Assembly: GCF_004010195.1 (NCBI RefSeq)
Contig: NC_057719.1
Location: forward strand, 58,979,106 to 59,043,105
Origin: Chiloscyllium plagiosum
Lineage: Eukaryota
Direction of reading: 5' to 3'
DNA length: 64,000 nt
Within the stretch, counting starts at the first letter, position 1, and each line of letters opens with the position of its first letter. Of the stretch, positions 1 through 13,218 are shown piece after piece. The notes beneath the pieces are model-generated. The model searched no databases, had not been told where the DNA came from, and saw only the letters and a program-made list of their open reading frames with translations. A program made the translations under genes and the position numbers.

Positions 1-305
1 AGGTCGGTGCGCCAAACTACTACCACGCCTCCCTTGTCTGCCGGTTTGATAGTGAGGTTGGGGTTGGAATGGAGGGAGTGGAGGGCTGCACGTTCCGAGG
101 GTGAGAGGTTGGAGTGGGTGAGAGGGGTGGAGAGGTTGAGGCGGTTAATGTCGCGGCGGCAGTTGGCTATGAAGAGATCGAGGGCAGGTAAGAGGCCAGC
201 ACGGGGTGTCTAGGTGGATGGGGTGTGTTGGAGGCAGGAGAAGGGGTCATCAGAGGGTGGGCGAGAATCCTGGTTGAAGTAGTAGGCGCGGAGGCGAAGG
301 TGGCG
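1..305 (-). mobile_element. Penelope-like element (Neptune-type) reverse transcriptase N-terminal fragment
   Basis: Minus-strand translation RHLRLRAYYFNQDSRPPSDDPFSCLQHTPST*TPRAGLLPALDLFIANCRRDINRLNLSTPLTHSNLSPSERAALHSLHSNPNLTIKPADKGGVVVVWRTD. The SNLS..ERAAL...IKPADKGG motif is typical of PLE RTs. One stop codon; the element runs off the window start. Confidence 0.8.
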
Positions 306-556
306 TAATTAATGGTAGTTAGGCTCAAATATCATATCATACCAATCAATTTCCTCACCTACCATCCTTTGCACTTACATCCTCCATACCAAATCACAGA
401 AGGGGTCATCAGAGGGTGGGCGAGAATCCTGGTTGAAGTAGTAGGCGCGGAGGCGAAGGTGGCGTAATTAATGGTAGTTAGGCTCAAATATCATATCATA
501 CCAATCAATTTCCTCACCTACCATCCTTTGCACTTACATCCTCCATACCAAATCAC
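239..556. repeat. Perfect 159-bp tandem duplication (239-397 and 398-556)
   Basis: agaaggggtcatcagagggtgg...catcctccataccaaatcac occurs twice head-to-tail and is identical by eye. Confidence 0.95.
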
Positions 557-619
557 CTATCCACTGTGGCAGACCACAAGACCCATGCTGACAGGAAATT
601 AAATAATGTTTTAGTGTAC

Positions 620-1835
620 TGAAAACAACAAATGCTGGAGATCACAGTGGGTCAGTTAGCAATCATGGAGAGAGAACAAGCTAATATTTCAAGTTTAGGT
701 GACTCTTCATTAGAGCTGGTGAAGTGTGGAGCATTTATACTATAGTTTCCATGTCCAAAACAGCGTTGTTGACATTACTTGCTTCGTCCATGATTGTGGT
801 TTTCCACTCATTGTGGTTGACAGGGCCTTCAACCCCATCTGACCTGTCCCTTCCCATCACTCACAGCAGTGTGATTGGGCCCCCCTTGTCCTCCAGCCTT
901 CGCATTCAAAATGTTCATTCTTCACCATTTCAGACAACTCCAGCAGAATGTCATCACTAAACACATCTTCCCGTCACTCCCCCATTTGCGTTTCGCAGAG
1001 ACTGTTCCCTCTGGGACACCCTAGTCCATTTCACCACCACCAACACCAGCCTGTCTCCCTACGGCACCTCCCCATGTAACCACAAAAGGTGCAACACCTG
1101 CCCCTTCATGTCCTCTCTGTTCACCATCCAAGGGCCTAAACTGACTTTCCAAGTGAGGCAGCATTTCTCCTGTACCTCCTCCAGTCTTGTGTATTGTATT
1201 CACTGCACTCCATGTGGCCTACTGTACATTGGAGAAACCAAACACAGATTGGTGACCGCTTTGTGGAACACCTCTGGTCTGTGTGCAAGCATGACCCCGA
1301 CCTTACTGTAGCCGGCCATTTTAACACAGTGTCCTGCTCGCACGGCCACATTGTCTGTCCTCAGCGTGCTGCAGCCAGTGAATCACAGCGCAAACTAGAG
1401 GAGCAACATTTCAACTTCAGATTAGGCACTTTACAACTTTCTGGACTTAATATTGAGTTCAACATCTTTAAATTGTGAATTATTTCTTCCCTTCATTTTA
1501 GCATGTTATCACGTCCTCCCCACCAGTTCCTGTCCTTTCATGTCGGCAGGAGATGTACCATTGTTTTGTCATTCTCACATGCTAATCACTTAATCTGAGC
1601 TGTCAACATCTTTTCTCCACTAGCACTCTACACCGACAACCTCCATAATGTTCCCTCCCCGCCCCCCCACCCCCGCTATGCATAAACACTGTCCCTTCCA
1701 CACTTCACTTCAGCTCTGATGAAGAGTCATCTAGACTTGAAACGTTAGTTGCTGTCTCTTCATGGATGCTTATTGACCTGCTGTGATTTCCAGCATTTGT
1801 CGTTTTCACTAGATTCCAACATCTGCAGTAATTTG
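620..1835 (+). mobile_element. Degenerate Penelope-like element with GIY-YIG endonuclease remnant and inverted terminal pLTR copies
   Basis: Frames at 1108-1478 give LVYCIHCTPCGLLYIGETKHRL / GDRFVEHL...VAGHFN...RKLEEQHFNFRLGTLQLSGLNIEF (GIY-YIG C-terminus). 620-718 is a diverged reverse complement of 1712-1808. Confidence 0.85.
1712..1750 (+). ncRNA. Minimal hammerhead ribozyme motif in PLE terminal repeat
   Basis: AGCT-CTGATGA-A-GAGTC-ATCTA-GACTT-GAAA-CGTT-AGTT: core CUGAUGA/GAAA, stem II GAGUC/GACUU, ACGU palindrome, short stem I. Confidence 0.7.
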
Positions 1836-2549
1836 TTCCTAACGTTGTTAGTGTATACTGATTAATTGACTGTTTAAAGGAAAACATTTATTGATTTTTT
1901 TAAAACAATCCTCAATCCCTACATATATTCTGCTTATAATAATCAGTTCTTTCTTTAAAAAACAAACCGTTGTATTCATAGCCGTACATTGAAGACTGTT
2001 GACTAGGTGCATTTAATCAAATAGAGAACATAAATGCACACATCCCATCATGACGCTAGGTTGTGAAATCAATAATGCAGTACAAATCCTAGGTTTGTCT
2101 TCAAGCTTATGTCAATGGAGTACAATAGAAATCATGTTTGCTTTAATTTGAAGGCAGCTGGTTTCTTTTATTTTAAACACTAAGTAATTTAAATGCCTTG
2201 ACAACTTGACAGATTTCAAATTTTTACATTGCTTTCATGTGTTCATATTTACATGTAATGAGTGCACAGGATACTTCACCTCTCCCCAAAAGTGTCCTGA
2301 CTTATGAGGGCCCCTTCCAAAAGGTATTCTACCTCTCCAAAGAACTCCAGTAAATTGAAATCTTCTTTAGTTTAAAGCCACAAGACATGTTTTGGACATC
2401 CGGCTTGTGAAAATTGTATCTGACTGAGATAACTGCACTTTCACATGTGCACAAAAACAAAAAACAGTGATTGCTGCAGATCTGGCAGCATCTATGGAAA
2501 AAGGAGGGGTGATCTTTTTGAACCTAACATGACTAACACAACAGAAGCT

Positions 2550-3153
2550 AACATAAGAGAGTTGGCAGTTCATGTTACGGTTGTATAAGACTTTGGTTTG
2601 ACCACATTTGGAATACTGCATACAGTTCTGGTCGCCACAATGCTAAAAGGATGTGGATGTTTTGGAGAGGGTGCAGAGGAGGTTCACCAGGATGTTGCCT
2701 GATATGGAGGGTGGTAGCTATGAGGAGAAGTTGAGTAGATTAGGATTGTTTTCATTGAAAAGAAGGAAGTTGAGGGGTGACCTGATTGAGGCCTACAAAA
2801 TCATGAGAGGTGTAGACAGGGTGGATAGCAAGAAACCTTTTCCCAGAGTAGAGGACTCAATTACTAGGGATCGTGAGTTCAAAGTGAGAAGGGAAAAGTT
2901 TACGGGAGATACATGTGGAAAGCTCTTCACGCATAGGATGGTAGGTGCATGGATTGCGTTGCCAGTGGAGGTGGTAGGGGTGGGAACGATAGCATCATTT
3001 AAGATGTATCTAGACAGGTACATGAATGGGCAGGGAGCAACTGGATACAGATCCTTAGAAAATAGACGATAGATTTCGATAGAGGATATGGATTGGCACA
3101 GGCTTGGAGGACCGAAGGCCCTGTTCCTGTGCTGTAATGCTCTTTGTTCTTTG
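2550..3153 (+). mobile_element. CR1-clade (HER1-like) LINE 3' fragment
   Basis: LYKTLV..HLEYCIQFWSP...LERVQRRFTRMLP...LGLFSL..RKLRGDLIEAYKIMRG is the CR1 ORF2 C-terminus, followed by a CR1-type 3' UTR and short-repeat tail. Confidence 0.9.
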
Positions 3154-4061
3154 TCTCCTAAGAACTCTTCTTTGTGTAGTTGTTTCTGTCAACAGGTGTG
3201 TGCAAATTACAACCCACCCTTCTTTCTCTCCCATGCCCCTCACACCAATGGAAATGGTGGGTGCTTGTTTTGGGTTGGTCTTCCTGAATCACGGCTTTGG
3301 TGTCATTTTGAGTAAGCTGCGATCTCGCTGCTGCTTTGAGAGAGTTCATACCCAAGTTGTAATGAAATAGCTGGGAAGGGCAAGAGTCAATGCCAAGTTC
3401 CTGAGAACACTTCCAGCTGTCACTTGCTTCCATTCACATCCCTTTATGAGTAAAGGTATAATTCTGCACTTCTGATTTACCTCATCCCTCTCAATTTCCC
3501 CTCCCTCAATGGCTTCTCCAGACCTATCTCAGACTGCTGTTGGAAATTTATACCCTTTTTTATAACAAACTGGCTGAGCCTTGCAGTTTAATGATTTAAT
3601 TTAAACGGGACTGAAGGCCAATATAGAGTGTGCCTCAGTGTCCGACGTGTGTGTGTAACAAAAAGGATAATGTTTCAATGTATAAATAAGTGTGATCACA
3701 TCAAGACAATACTTGGTTATTTTATATAGTTTAGCACATTAGTTGAGTAATGTTTAGTTGCTTTGATTTTAATTTATTTGTTTTGTAAAACTTTATATCT
3801 TATTGCAGGAATCCTGTAAGTTCATTATTGGAAATTCCAATTTTCAGTCCTGACAAAGTTCATGACAATATTTTTATATTGTTGTCAGTTATCCCAAGTT
3901 ATTTGTAATTAGATGAACAAATATAAACAAGTCTATAATTTTGTCCAATGAAAGCAACAGACTGCCCAACAGCTCATTTTAATGAGGAGTTATCCTTTAT
4001 TTCTGAATTGTATTCAGTCAGTTGACTACAACATTAATGACTTTGTGCTTTTCACTTGCAG

Positions 4062-4135
4062 GACTTTAAAGCAGCAAATGCAGCAGAACCAGAAAATGCT
4101 TACATTCATCATGCTGTAGCTATCTGCTGTCATAA
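4062..4135 (+). CDS. TTC6: TTC6 (tetratricopeptide repeat protein 6) internal exon: DFKAANAAEPENAYIHHAVAICCH(K)
   Basis: Acceptor ttttcacttgcag, donor AA|gtaagt. 74 nt; the phase-2 end joins in frame to exon 7321. Not in the ORF track. Upstream exons lie outside the window. Confidence 0.8.
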
Positions 4136-4699
4136 GTAAGTCATAAGAGAAAACGTTAAACAGCTATTTGTGACATTTCTGAGATTTGCAAAATTAATAG
4201 TATGAGCTTGGGACAACCCACTGGAAACTGAGGAAAATACCAAGAATTTGTCTAACTGTGTAGTATGTATCAAGAATGTGAAAATGTTTGCCCCCCCCCA
4301 AAAAGCAGAAAAAAACTTACTTTCCCTACAAGCTGAATATTGGTGAAAGACAGAATGTCTTGCTTATTTTGGTGATTTGCTGGTGTTCTGTAACATAGCC
4401 ATTCAAGGAGACTGGACCTTGAAAAGGATGAGTCCTCAAAGAACAGTTTATGGGGAGAAAAGGATTAATTTCAAATTCATTCCCTAACTTTTTCCAAACA
4501 TACAATCTCATTCCCACTATCGAGTTTTGAAAATCAGCCAAACCTCATTGATGACCCCAATAACTTTATACTGAATATTACTACAGAATACATTTTAATT
4601 CAATCTTAATTTCCATTCAAGGAACATTAGACATTTTGTTTCTAACAGATGACACTTATTGAATACACTGGGAGTTGAAAAGGCCCTTAATGTGATCAC

Positions 4700-6100
4700 A
4701 TTGTGTTATGGTATTCAGCTACCACCAGAGATGCAACTGAAGGCAGAATTGAGGAGTTGCAGGGGCAATGGAGGAGAAACAGAACTATTAGCAGGTTGTT
4801 GGTTTCCAGACACCATTCTGGACTGGTCCACTTTGTTGGGGTAGAGTTGGTGATGGTGGTGATCTGCAGCACTCTGATCCATTAAGTAGGCTACCTGACA
4901 AGATTGATGAGTTTATGAAGGGCATGTCCTGATTTTCGTGGATGTGCATAAGCTCATGGGATAGAAAACTGAATGGATATACTTGGATGTATTAATTGGT
5001 TAGAAGTAGTCCTTCCATTCATAGACCAGACATTTGGCCTTCAAGAGCTACCAGGAGACATAATGACCAGCTTCACTGCTGGGACAACAGACAGTCCTGT
5101 GGAGAGGAAGAGGTAGGTTCCCAATTACAAGTTGGTCATGAGGACTCACTGCTACCAGACTAGCAGAACCTGTGAGGGAGTAGAGCAGCCAGGATTGAAA
5201 AAATAAGGAGAGAAGGGTAATCATGGAGCATAAAGCCATGATTTGAGTAGAGGACCTCAAATTGACATACCATGGGGTTTTTCAAGTTGTGACTGGATTG
5301 ATTGGCTGGTTCCCTATGAATGTCTTGAACTCTTTGATGATTTTCTGTGTACTACATAACATAGCCCTTCAAGAGGGCTGGACCTTGAAGACGATGAGGC
5401 CCTTAAAAGGTGACAGTTTACTGAAGGAAAAGGATGAGCAAGACTTAGAAGAGTAAAAGGAAACGGAGAGTGAAAATTCAGAACATAGAGGCAGCCTGTC
5501 TCCACAGAGATGTGGCCAGGTTTTACACAGGACTCAAGGATTTGTTCAGGTTGCTGTAAACACAGGGATCACCAGGCCCAGCCACAATGAGTGATTCCTA
5601 CTGACTCTCAAGGAATGGCATGTGTGGAATTTACTGTGTGCTGCCACTGCCAACACTTCCATTGAAATTGGGGAGCAGCTTGCAGCATGTATAATCCTAT
5701 TAACATTGAAGGATGGACATCTACCCAAAGATTTCACAACTGTTAACGAAGCCTTGCTCTCCATGGTCACTTTGTGCCTCTTGCCTTATTAACACAGGGG
5801 AGCTCAAGACTTGACTTCAAATGTTAATATTAACATGCTACTCAGAACAGTGCAGAGTTACAGAAAGACACGGCAGTGATCAACCTGACATGGTAGCCTC
5901 CACTCGAAGGAGGTAGAAGCAGCTTTCTCACTTGTCTGTTCTCAGTAGTTCTCACCACAAAGCTACCAGTGATAGCATTTCATTGCAGGCATAGCTGTTG
6001 CCATTTGGCCTTGCTGCATAGATGCTCCTTCAGTAGAGGAGCCAGTGAAGCCCAGGATGAGGATAGAGCTGGGCATACATATTCACAGACTGTGAAATAC
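4700..6100 (+). mobile_element. Highly degenerate PIF/Harbinger-like DNA transposon remnant
   Basis: ORF 5262-5456 contains IFCVLHNIAL followed by an acidic tail, like the C-terminal C.LHN motif of HARBI1-type transposases. Boundaries uncertain. Confidence 0.4.
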
Positions 6101-6747
6101 TATTTGGACATTCTTGGGATGGATAAGGGTTTTAGCGTGCGATTTCTTAGAAACTAAACTCAACAGTTTAATGTGTGCTGCAAGTCACCTACTTAGTTCT
6201 GAAAGTGAATTGACATCAGAGAAACAGCCAAACAAAACTTACAGAGGAGGTAAGAGATAGCATTTATTAGCTTAATTACCAAAACACACAAAAAAATTGG
6301 CTTTGAGAGCATTGGAGACCCCTATATGAATGCTTACCCGGCAACCTTCTCCCCATTTAAGAGTTCTACAGATCCTGGAGTCAAAAAGGAAAACAGCCAA
6401 AAGCAAGTAAACTATTCTGAAAGCCTGTTCTCAGTAGAAATCCATGGGAAGCTGATAGAATTTCCAAATCCAGTATTTCAGTCAACCTGGTAAGACCCAA
6501 AATAATGGACTGTGACCAGATCTGAAACTTCAATCCAAGTTGGTTGGAAACAGAGCTGGATGTCTATCATCACTATACAATTGGCAATGATTCAGCATCA
6601 TTGGATGTGATGAGAGTGGACAGGATGTGATGGAACTTCTATCGTTTCTTTAGTCTGGACTTTTGGCCCAGACAGACAGATTATGTTTTCCTTCTTTTAT
6701 CCTCTCTCATTTGTGAGAAGAGAGTTAAAAGTGTAAAGGCACCTTCA

Positions 6748-7033
6748 GATTAGATTACTTACAGTGTGGAAACAGGCCCTTTGGCCCAACAAGTCCACAC
6801 CGACCCACCAAAGCGCAACCCACCCAGACCCATTCTCCTACATTTACCCCTTTACCTAACACTATGGGCAATTTAGCATGGCTAATTCACCTAACCTGCA
6901 CATTTTTGAACTGTGGGAGGAAACCAGAGCACCCGGAGAGTGTGCAAACTCCACACAGTCAGTCGCCTGAGGCAGGAATTGAACCCAAGTCTCTGGCGCT
7001 GTGAGGCAGCAGTGCTAACCACTGTGCCACCCA
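6748..7033 (-). mobile_element. HE1-like tRNA-derived shark SINE, full length
   Basis: Minus strand: GGTGGCACAGTGGTTAGCACTGCTGCCTCACAGCGCCAGAGACTTGGGTTCAATTCC (A/B boxes), central domain, CR1-derived 3' end and (TCTAA)n-like tail. Confidence 0.9.
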
Positions 7034-7320
7034 CTTTTTGTGGAAATGAAATACAGACAGTTGTTATAAGTAAACTGATCACAACCACATTATGCTGCCT
7101 GGGCAAAATGAAAATCTAGCTCCGTATCCAATACAAAAAGGTAGAAAGCCTTGATTATGGCTGTGTGGTATTAACTAAGAATTAAAAGCCTTCTGTTTTT
7201 GGAATAAAGATTTAAAGTGCTACTCAATTTAACAAGTTCATTGAATCCTTAAGTATAAATAATAGAATGTATCAGATTACAAAGAATGAGCAATGTTTTA
7301 TTATTTGCTTTGTGTTTAAG

Positions 7321-7531
7321 ACTTCAATATTTAGAAGATGCTGTAAACAGTTTCAGTCAAGCATTGAAATTGGACCCATTTTTTGTGGACGCATATAATG
7401 GACGTGGAAACGTGTACATGGATTCTGCTCACACAGCTGGAATAAAGCAAGCACAAAAAGATTTTGTGCAAGCACTTCATTTAAATCCCAAATGTGTGAA
7501 AGCTAGACTCAACCTAGGATACAACTTTCAG
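7321..7531 (+). CDS. TTC6: TTC6 exon: LQYLEDAVNSFSQALKLDPFFVDAYNGRGNVYMDSAHTAGIKQAQKDFVQALHLNPKCVKARLNLGYNFQ
   Basis: Acceptor tgtgtttaag, donor CAG|gtaagg, 211 nt. TPR consensus (A..F..AL.LDP..AY..RG). Resembles the vertebrate TTC6 C-terminal repeats as recalled. Confidence 0.92.
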
Positions 7532-8109
7532 GTAAGGAGGTTCTTGGTGATTTATTATTTAAATATTAATGTTCTAAAGTTGTATTTAAGTAACATTTTC
7601 TAGAACTCCATTATTGCATTTACAAAGCAACTTTGCATATTTTTCAGAGAGGTATGAAGAAATATATAGATGTTAAATGAAGATAGGAGATATGGGGAGG
7701 GGGGGGGGGTTTGTCAACAAAAGATAATCAAAGTGGTGAGTTTTAAAAGGAGAGTGTAAAAGTGGAAGAGAGGCCAAGAGGCATAAAATTCAAAAGAACT
7801 CTTCAGTGTGAAATTTAAGTGTCGTAAAGTAAAAAGATGGGATGCCTTTCGAAAGATTGTAGCTGGAAGGAAGATTGCAGAGATTGTAATGAGGTTGCTT
7901 TTAAATCTTCCTGTTGAAGTAAAAATTTACTCAACATTTCCAGATCAGATTGTGAACATTGCAAAAGATTTGTGTTTCACACAATGACTACTATTACCTT
8001 GGTGAAAGCAATAAATTAAAAATTGCAAAGATATTGACATGACTTTGATATCCGAGAGAAAGGATTTGCTAAACCAATTATGAATTGCTAAGAAAACAAT
8101 TTAGTACTG

Positions 8110-9512
8110 TAGAGTCATAGAGATGTCCAGCACGGAAACAGACCATTCGGTCCAACTCGTTCATGCTGACCAGATATCCCAACCCAATCTATCCCACCTG
8201 CCAACACCTGGTCCATATCCCTCAAACCCTTCCTATTCAAATACTCATCCAGATGCCTTTTAAATGTTGCAATTGTACTAGCCTCCACCACTTCCTCTGG
8301 CAGCTTAATCCATATACATACCACCCACTGCATGAAAATGTTTCCCCTTACGTCTCTTTTGTTTCTTTTCCCTCCCACCCTAAACCTATGCCCTCTAGTT
8401 CTGGACACACCCACCAGGGAGAAAAAACCTTGTCTATTTATCGTATCCCCCTCATGATTTTATAAACCTCTAAAATGATCACTGCTCAGCCTCCTACACT
8501 CCAGGGAAAACAGCCCCAGCCTATTCAACCTCTCCCTATTGCTCAAATCCTCCAACCCTGGCAACATCCTTCTAAATCTTTTCTGAACCCTCTCAAGCTT
8601 CAGAACATCCCTTCAATAGGAAAGATGACCAGAATTGCACGCAATATTCCAAAAGTGGCCTAACCAATGTCCTGTACAGCCACAACATGACCTCCCAACT
8701 CCTGTACTCAATACTCTGACCAATAAAGGAAAGCATGCGAAACCCCTTCTTCACTATCCTACCTACCTGCAGCTCCAGTTTCAAGGAGCTATGAACCAGC
8801 ACTCCAAGATTTCTTTGTTCAATAACACTCCCTAGGACCTTACCATTAAGTGTATAAGTCCTGCTAAAATTTGATTTCCCAAAATGCAGCACCTCGCATT
8901 TATCTAAATTAAACTCCATCTGCCACTTCTCAGCCCATTGGCCCATCTAACCAAGATCCTGTTGTAATCTGACGTAACCTTCTTCGCTGTCCACTACACC
9001 TCCAATTTTGGTGTCATCTGCAAACTTATTAACTATATCTCTTATGCTCACATCCAAATCATTTATATAAATAACGAAATGTAGTGGACCCAGCACCGAT
9101 CCTTGTGGCACTCCAATGGTCACAGTCCTCCAGTCTGAAAAACAACCCTCCACCACCAACCTCTTGTCTTCTACCTTTGAGCCAGCTCTGTACCCAAATG
9201 GCTAGTTCTCCCTGTATTCCATAAGATCTAACCTTGCTGACCAGTCTTCCATGGGGAACCTTGTTGAACACCTTACTGACGTCCATATAGATCACATCTA
9301 CCGCTCTGCCCTTATCAATCCTCTTTGTTAATTCTTCAAAAAACTCAATCAAGTTTGTGAGAAATGATTTCCTATGCACAAAGCCATGTTGACAATCCCT
9401 AATCAGTCCTTGCCTTTCCAAATACATGTGCATCCTGTCCCTCAGGATTCCCTCCAATAACTTGCCCACCACCGATGTCAGGCTCACTGGTCTATAGTTC
9501 CCTGGCTTGTCC
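8110..9512 (-). mobile_element. CR1-clade LINE, 5'-truncated, frameshifted RT
   Basis: Minus ORFs: [77 protein letters not shown]. Confidence 0.93.
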
Positions 9513-9715
9513 TTTGTTTTACATTTATAGATGTTCCAAAATGAGAAGTTACACCTTACGATTTCTAATTTCACTTCCATGTGCAAATGCAATTTTAAAA
9601 TACCTCAACTCTAAACAAAACACTCAAATATATAACAAATACAAATTGAAAATCAATGTTTTTTTATTTTTAAGATGGTGATTGCCTTAAATGAAGTTAA
9701 ACTTTTCCCTTTCAG

Positions 9716-9868
9716 GTTCTGGGAAAATTTCAGAAAGCGTGGAATCAGTTTACAATTACAATTGATATTGATCCAATGTTTCATGATGCTTATGAAGGTC
9801 GAGCAGTGATTAATCTACAAATGAACAATACGTTTGCAGCATTTCAGGACATCAATGCTGCATTGAAG
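9716..9868 (+). CDS. TTC6: TTC6 exon: VLGKFQKAWNQFTITIDIDPMFHDAYEGRAVINLQMNNTFAAFQDINAALK
   Basis: Acceptor cttttccctttcag, donor AAG|gtagac. 153 nt, phase 0-0, stop-free TPR. Missed by the ORF track. Confidence 0.92.
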
Positions 9869-10631
9869 GTAGACATAAGAATATTGCTTGAAGACACACA
9901 TCTCCAATATAGCACAATTTGAAAAGGATGATTTTTCAAAGGGAATTTTGCATTAAATTGTTGGAGTCTGTTAAGGAAGTTTTAACAAAATAAATTTAGA
10001 AAAGCACAGTATAATTAGAATAAGTCAGCATGATTTTATGTAAGGGAAATCCTGTTCAATAAGTAAAGAGTTCTTTTTTGAGGATGTAATGAATAGCGTT
10101 GATCGAAGGGAACCAGTAGCTGTCGCATAGTTAGATATCCAAAAGACATTCTATAGAAGTGTCACACATAACAGAAGAGCTCATGGAATTGAGTGTGATG
10201 ATATTATATCTAGATAAAGAATGGGAATAAATTGGGCATTTTCAAGTTGGCAGGCTGTGACTGGTGTGGTGCTGCAAAGATCAGTTTGAGATCTCAAAAA
10301 CCTAAATCTTACACTATTGAGTCATAAATTAATCACCCTGTCTCTTTGGAGACTCTCTCGGACTCTGAGTGAAGACATTTCTCCTCATTCCTTCTTTTCC
10401 TCCACCAGTGAGCTGTCCTTTTCAATGACCTCACCAATGTAAGGCTCACATCCTTGAGCATTATGGAGAGCAGAGCAGATCATCACAATTGCAGAGTTCC
10501 TAATAGGAAGGTATTGCAGCCAGCATCTGAGCAGTTCTTACACCTGACCCAGTGCTTTCAGACCAATCAGTTGTGAATCTGATTTGTTGCCCAGCCTTAG
10601 TGAAGAGGGTATCTGTCACATGGGTTATATT

Positions 10632-10990
10632 CATAGAATATTGATAGAGTCCCTACAGTGTGGAAACAGGCCATTAGGCCTAACAAGTCCACACCAATGA
10701 TCAAGAGCACCCATCCAGACCCATTCCACTAACCTATTACTCTACGTTTACCCCTGAATAATGCACTTAACACACACATCGCCGAACACTATGGGCAATT
10801 TAACTTGGCCAATTCACCTAACCTGCACATCTTTGGATTGTGGGAGGAAACCAGAATACCTCGAGAAAACCCACGCAGACACAGGGAGAATGTGCAAACT
10901 CCACACAGACAGTTGCCCAACGCTGGAATTGAACACGTGTCCCTGGCACTGTGAGGCAGCAGTGCTAACCATTGAGCCATTGTGCTGCCC
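10632..10990 (-). mobile_element. HE1-like SINE
   Basis: Same family as 6748-7033 (cagtgtggaaacaggcc...gcagcagtgctaacca). Confidence 0.88.
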
Positions 10991-13047
10991 ATTGTGTCAG
11001 TGGTGGGGGGAGGTGGATGGTTGGATGGAGGCAGCACAGTTTTATATATAAAATTAGTGTACTGTTGCTTGCAAGATGCCGCAGAGATTCACACTCGTAA
11101 GGACACAGATGTTTGTGACCATTTGCTTAGAGTCCGTTTCCTTCACCATTTGCTTAGAGTCCATTTTCTTCATCCTTACACAATTCTCCTCTGTAAATTA
11201 GATTGCATGCTGGGGATAATTTGCCATTCTTCATATCTCTTGCCCCTCTTCTGACTTTCTGATGCCCAACTGTCTGCTCTCCTTCTACCAATCACCATGG
11301 ATTTCTGAGGCAAAAGCACCTATTTCCAGCTGCAGGCTTCCTCATACTTAGATGTAGCTAAAACACCCTGGCTTTGACACCTGGTCTGAAATAGATAGTG
11401 CAGGCTGCCTATGGAAAACTCAAACCTGAGACGGGCCTTTAACAAGCCCTTAATGTCCCGTTTAAATGATCACATTTGCATGCCTCCTATCCACATCGCT
11501 GGAATCCAGACCTTTTTTCTGCATTTAGCCCAAGGCAGTCAGGAGCTAAGTGATCCTGGAGGAACCCAAACCAACCCAAACCTCAGTGAACATATTATTT
11601 CTTTGTAAGTGTTACCCGATAGCACCAACGATCCCTTCCATTTCTTTGCTGATGATGGAGAGTATACTGAGATGACAATAAGTTGGGTTGGATCTGTCCT
11701 GCTCTTTGTCCATAAGGTTTACCTGGACAATCTTCCACATCGCCAGGTAGATGTCAGTGTGGGACACGAGACATCCAGATGCATGATGCCATTGTCATTT
11801 TTCTCAAGTGCACACCTCCATTCTCATCAGACACAGACCCAAAAATCTAAGTCTGTCTTAACTGCAGAACTAATTAATACTTATTTAATTGATCAGTAAA
11901 GAGGATATCTCTGTGCACGTTGGCCCAAGTGTGGTTGGATCCACCACCACAAAGCAGTGTAAGAATGTAAACAATCCAAGTATCCACATACATTATCAGA
12001 GACTGCATTGGGATACTACTGCAATTTTGATAGGACAGAAATAAAGAATCAGAACAGCTGCCCAGAGATTAGGGGCTACAGGAAGTAAACCATATAAATT
12101 GGAAAAGTATCACTTACTAAAGTTTATTACAATATTTAAAATAGGCATGCACGTTTGAAGGAAATAAATTTTTGCTGCAAAGAAGGTTACTCTAACAATT
12201 CTGTCACAGAAGAGGTGGGATGGTTAACACTGGTTGCAATATAGAGCAGAATGTATGTGTCCTACACCTGCACACATACACACACAACATGGGTGCTGGG
12301 GAATAAATAAACACTACCTTTGTTAGGTGGTAGTGTGGGGATTAAAGAGAAAACAAAAACCAGGAGATTAGAACCTCCTAAAAAAAAAAGAGCAGGATGC
12401 ACAGACTTTGAGTAAGATACTATTGCAATATTACAAAACAGGAACGCATTAAGATTCTTGTTGCATGCAAATCAAATTAATTGGTTTGTCATTGACATGA
12501 TCTGTGGGATTACCTAATACTAAAGGTAACTGTTGATGTATTGATGTTGCTTATATCCAATTAGTTTCCTGCTTCAGCAAACGGGTTGTTTTTACTCTTT
12601 CACATTTATATCTGAAGCAATTGGTTTTTATTCATTCTGAATTAATATATTGTTGCTGCAGTTTCAACTAACTGTTTAGTTTCTTGGAGAAAAATTTGCT
12701 TTTTTAGAAAATAAAGGGGAGAAAGGAGTCTGTATAATTGTGCTAATCACTTACATCACTACTGTTACACTAACAATTTTCTTCTTCTTTGTATTGCATA
12801 ATTGAATATAGAACCTTGGGTCAGTTCAGCTCTACATGTTAGCCAATCAAAGCACAAATAAAGGCTTGGGCAGCTAATTCATTACTGACCATTAGTAAAT
12901 ATTGGACCTTATTTGGTTTGCTTCTCAAAGATGTAGGGCACCCAATTTTGCTAAGTGTTGTAGCTATACTACTAATTATCATTAATACAAAAAATATCAT
13001 GCTGAATAAATTAGCACTGTAAAATAAGCATATCTTATTTCTTACAG

Positions 13048-13218
13048 ATCTGTAAATCTGCAAAGTTGTTTACAAACCGTGGAGTGATCAACCAGTTCAC
13101 AGGAGATCTAACCAATGCTATGAGAGACTATCAGAAAGCTGTATCTCTCGATCCCACCTATTCACTGGCTTATTTTAATGCAGCCAACCTTTACTTTTGC
13201 AACAGACAATTTGCACAG
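13048..13218 (+). CDS. TTC6: TTC6 exon: ICKSAKLFTNRGVINQFTGDLTNAMRDYQKAVSLDPTYSLAYFNAANLYFCNRQFAQ
   Basis: Acceptor tcttatttcttacag, donor CAG|gtactg. 171 nt, phase 0-0, TPR motif. Confidence 0.92.

Noticed and set aside
3809..3815. Possible 7-nt microexon (ttgcag|GAATCCT|gtaagt) upstream of exon 4062
   Set aside because: Its length is not a multiple of 3 and it is not needed to explain the TPR spacing. There is no support beyond the splice-like motifs; RNA-seq could revisit it.
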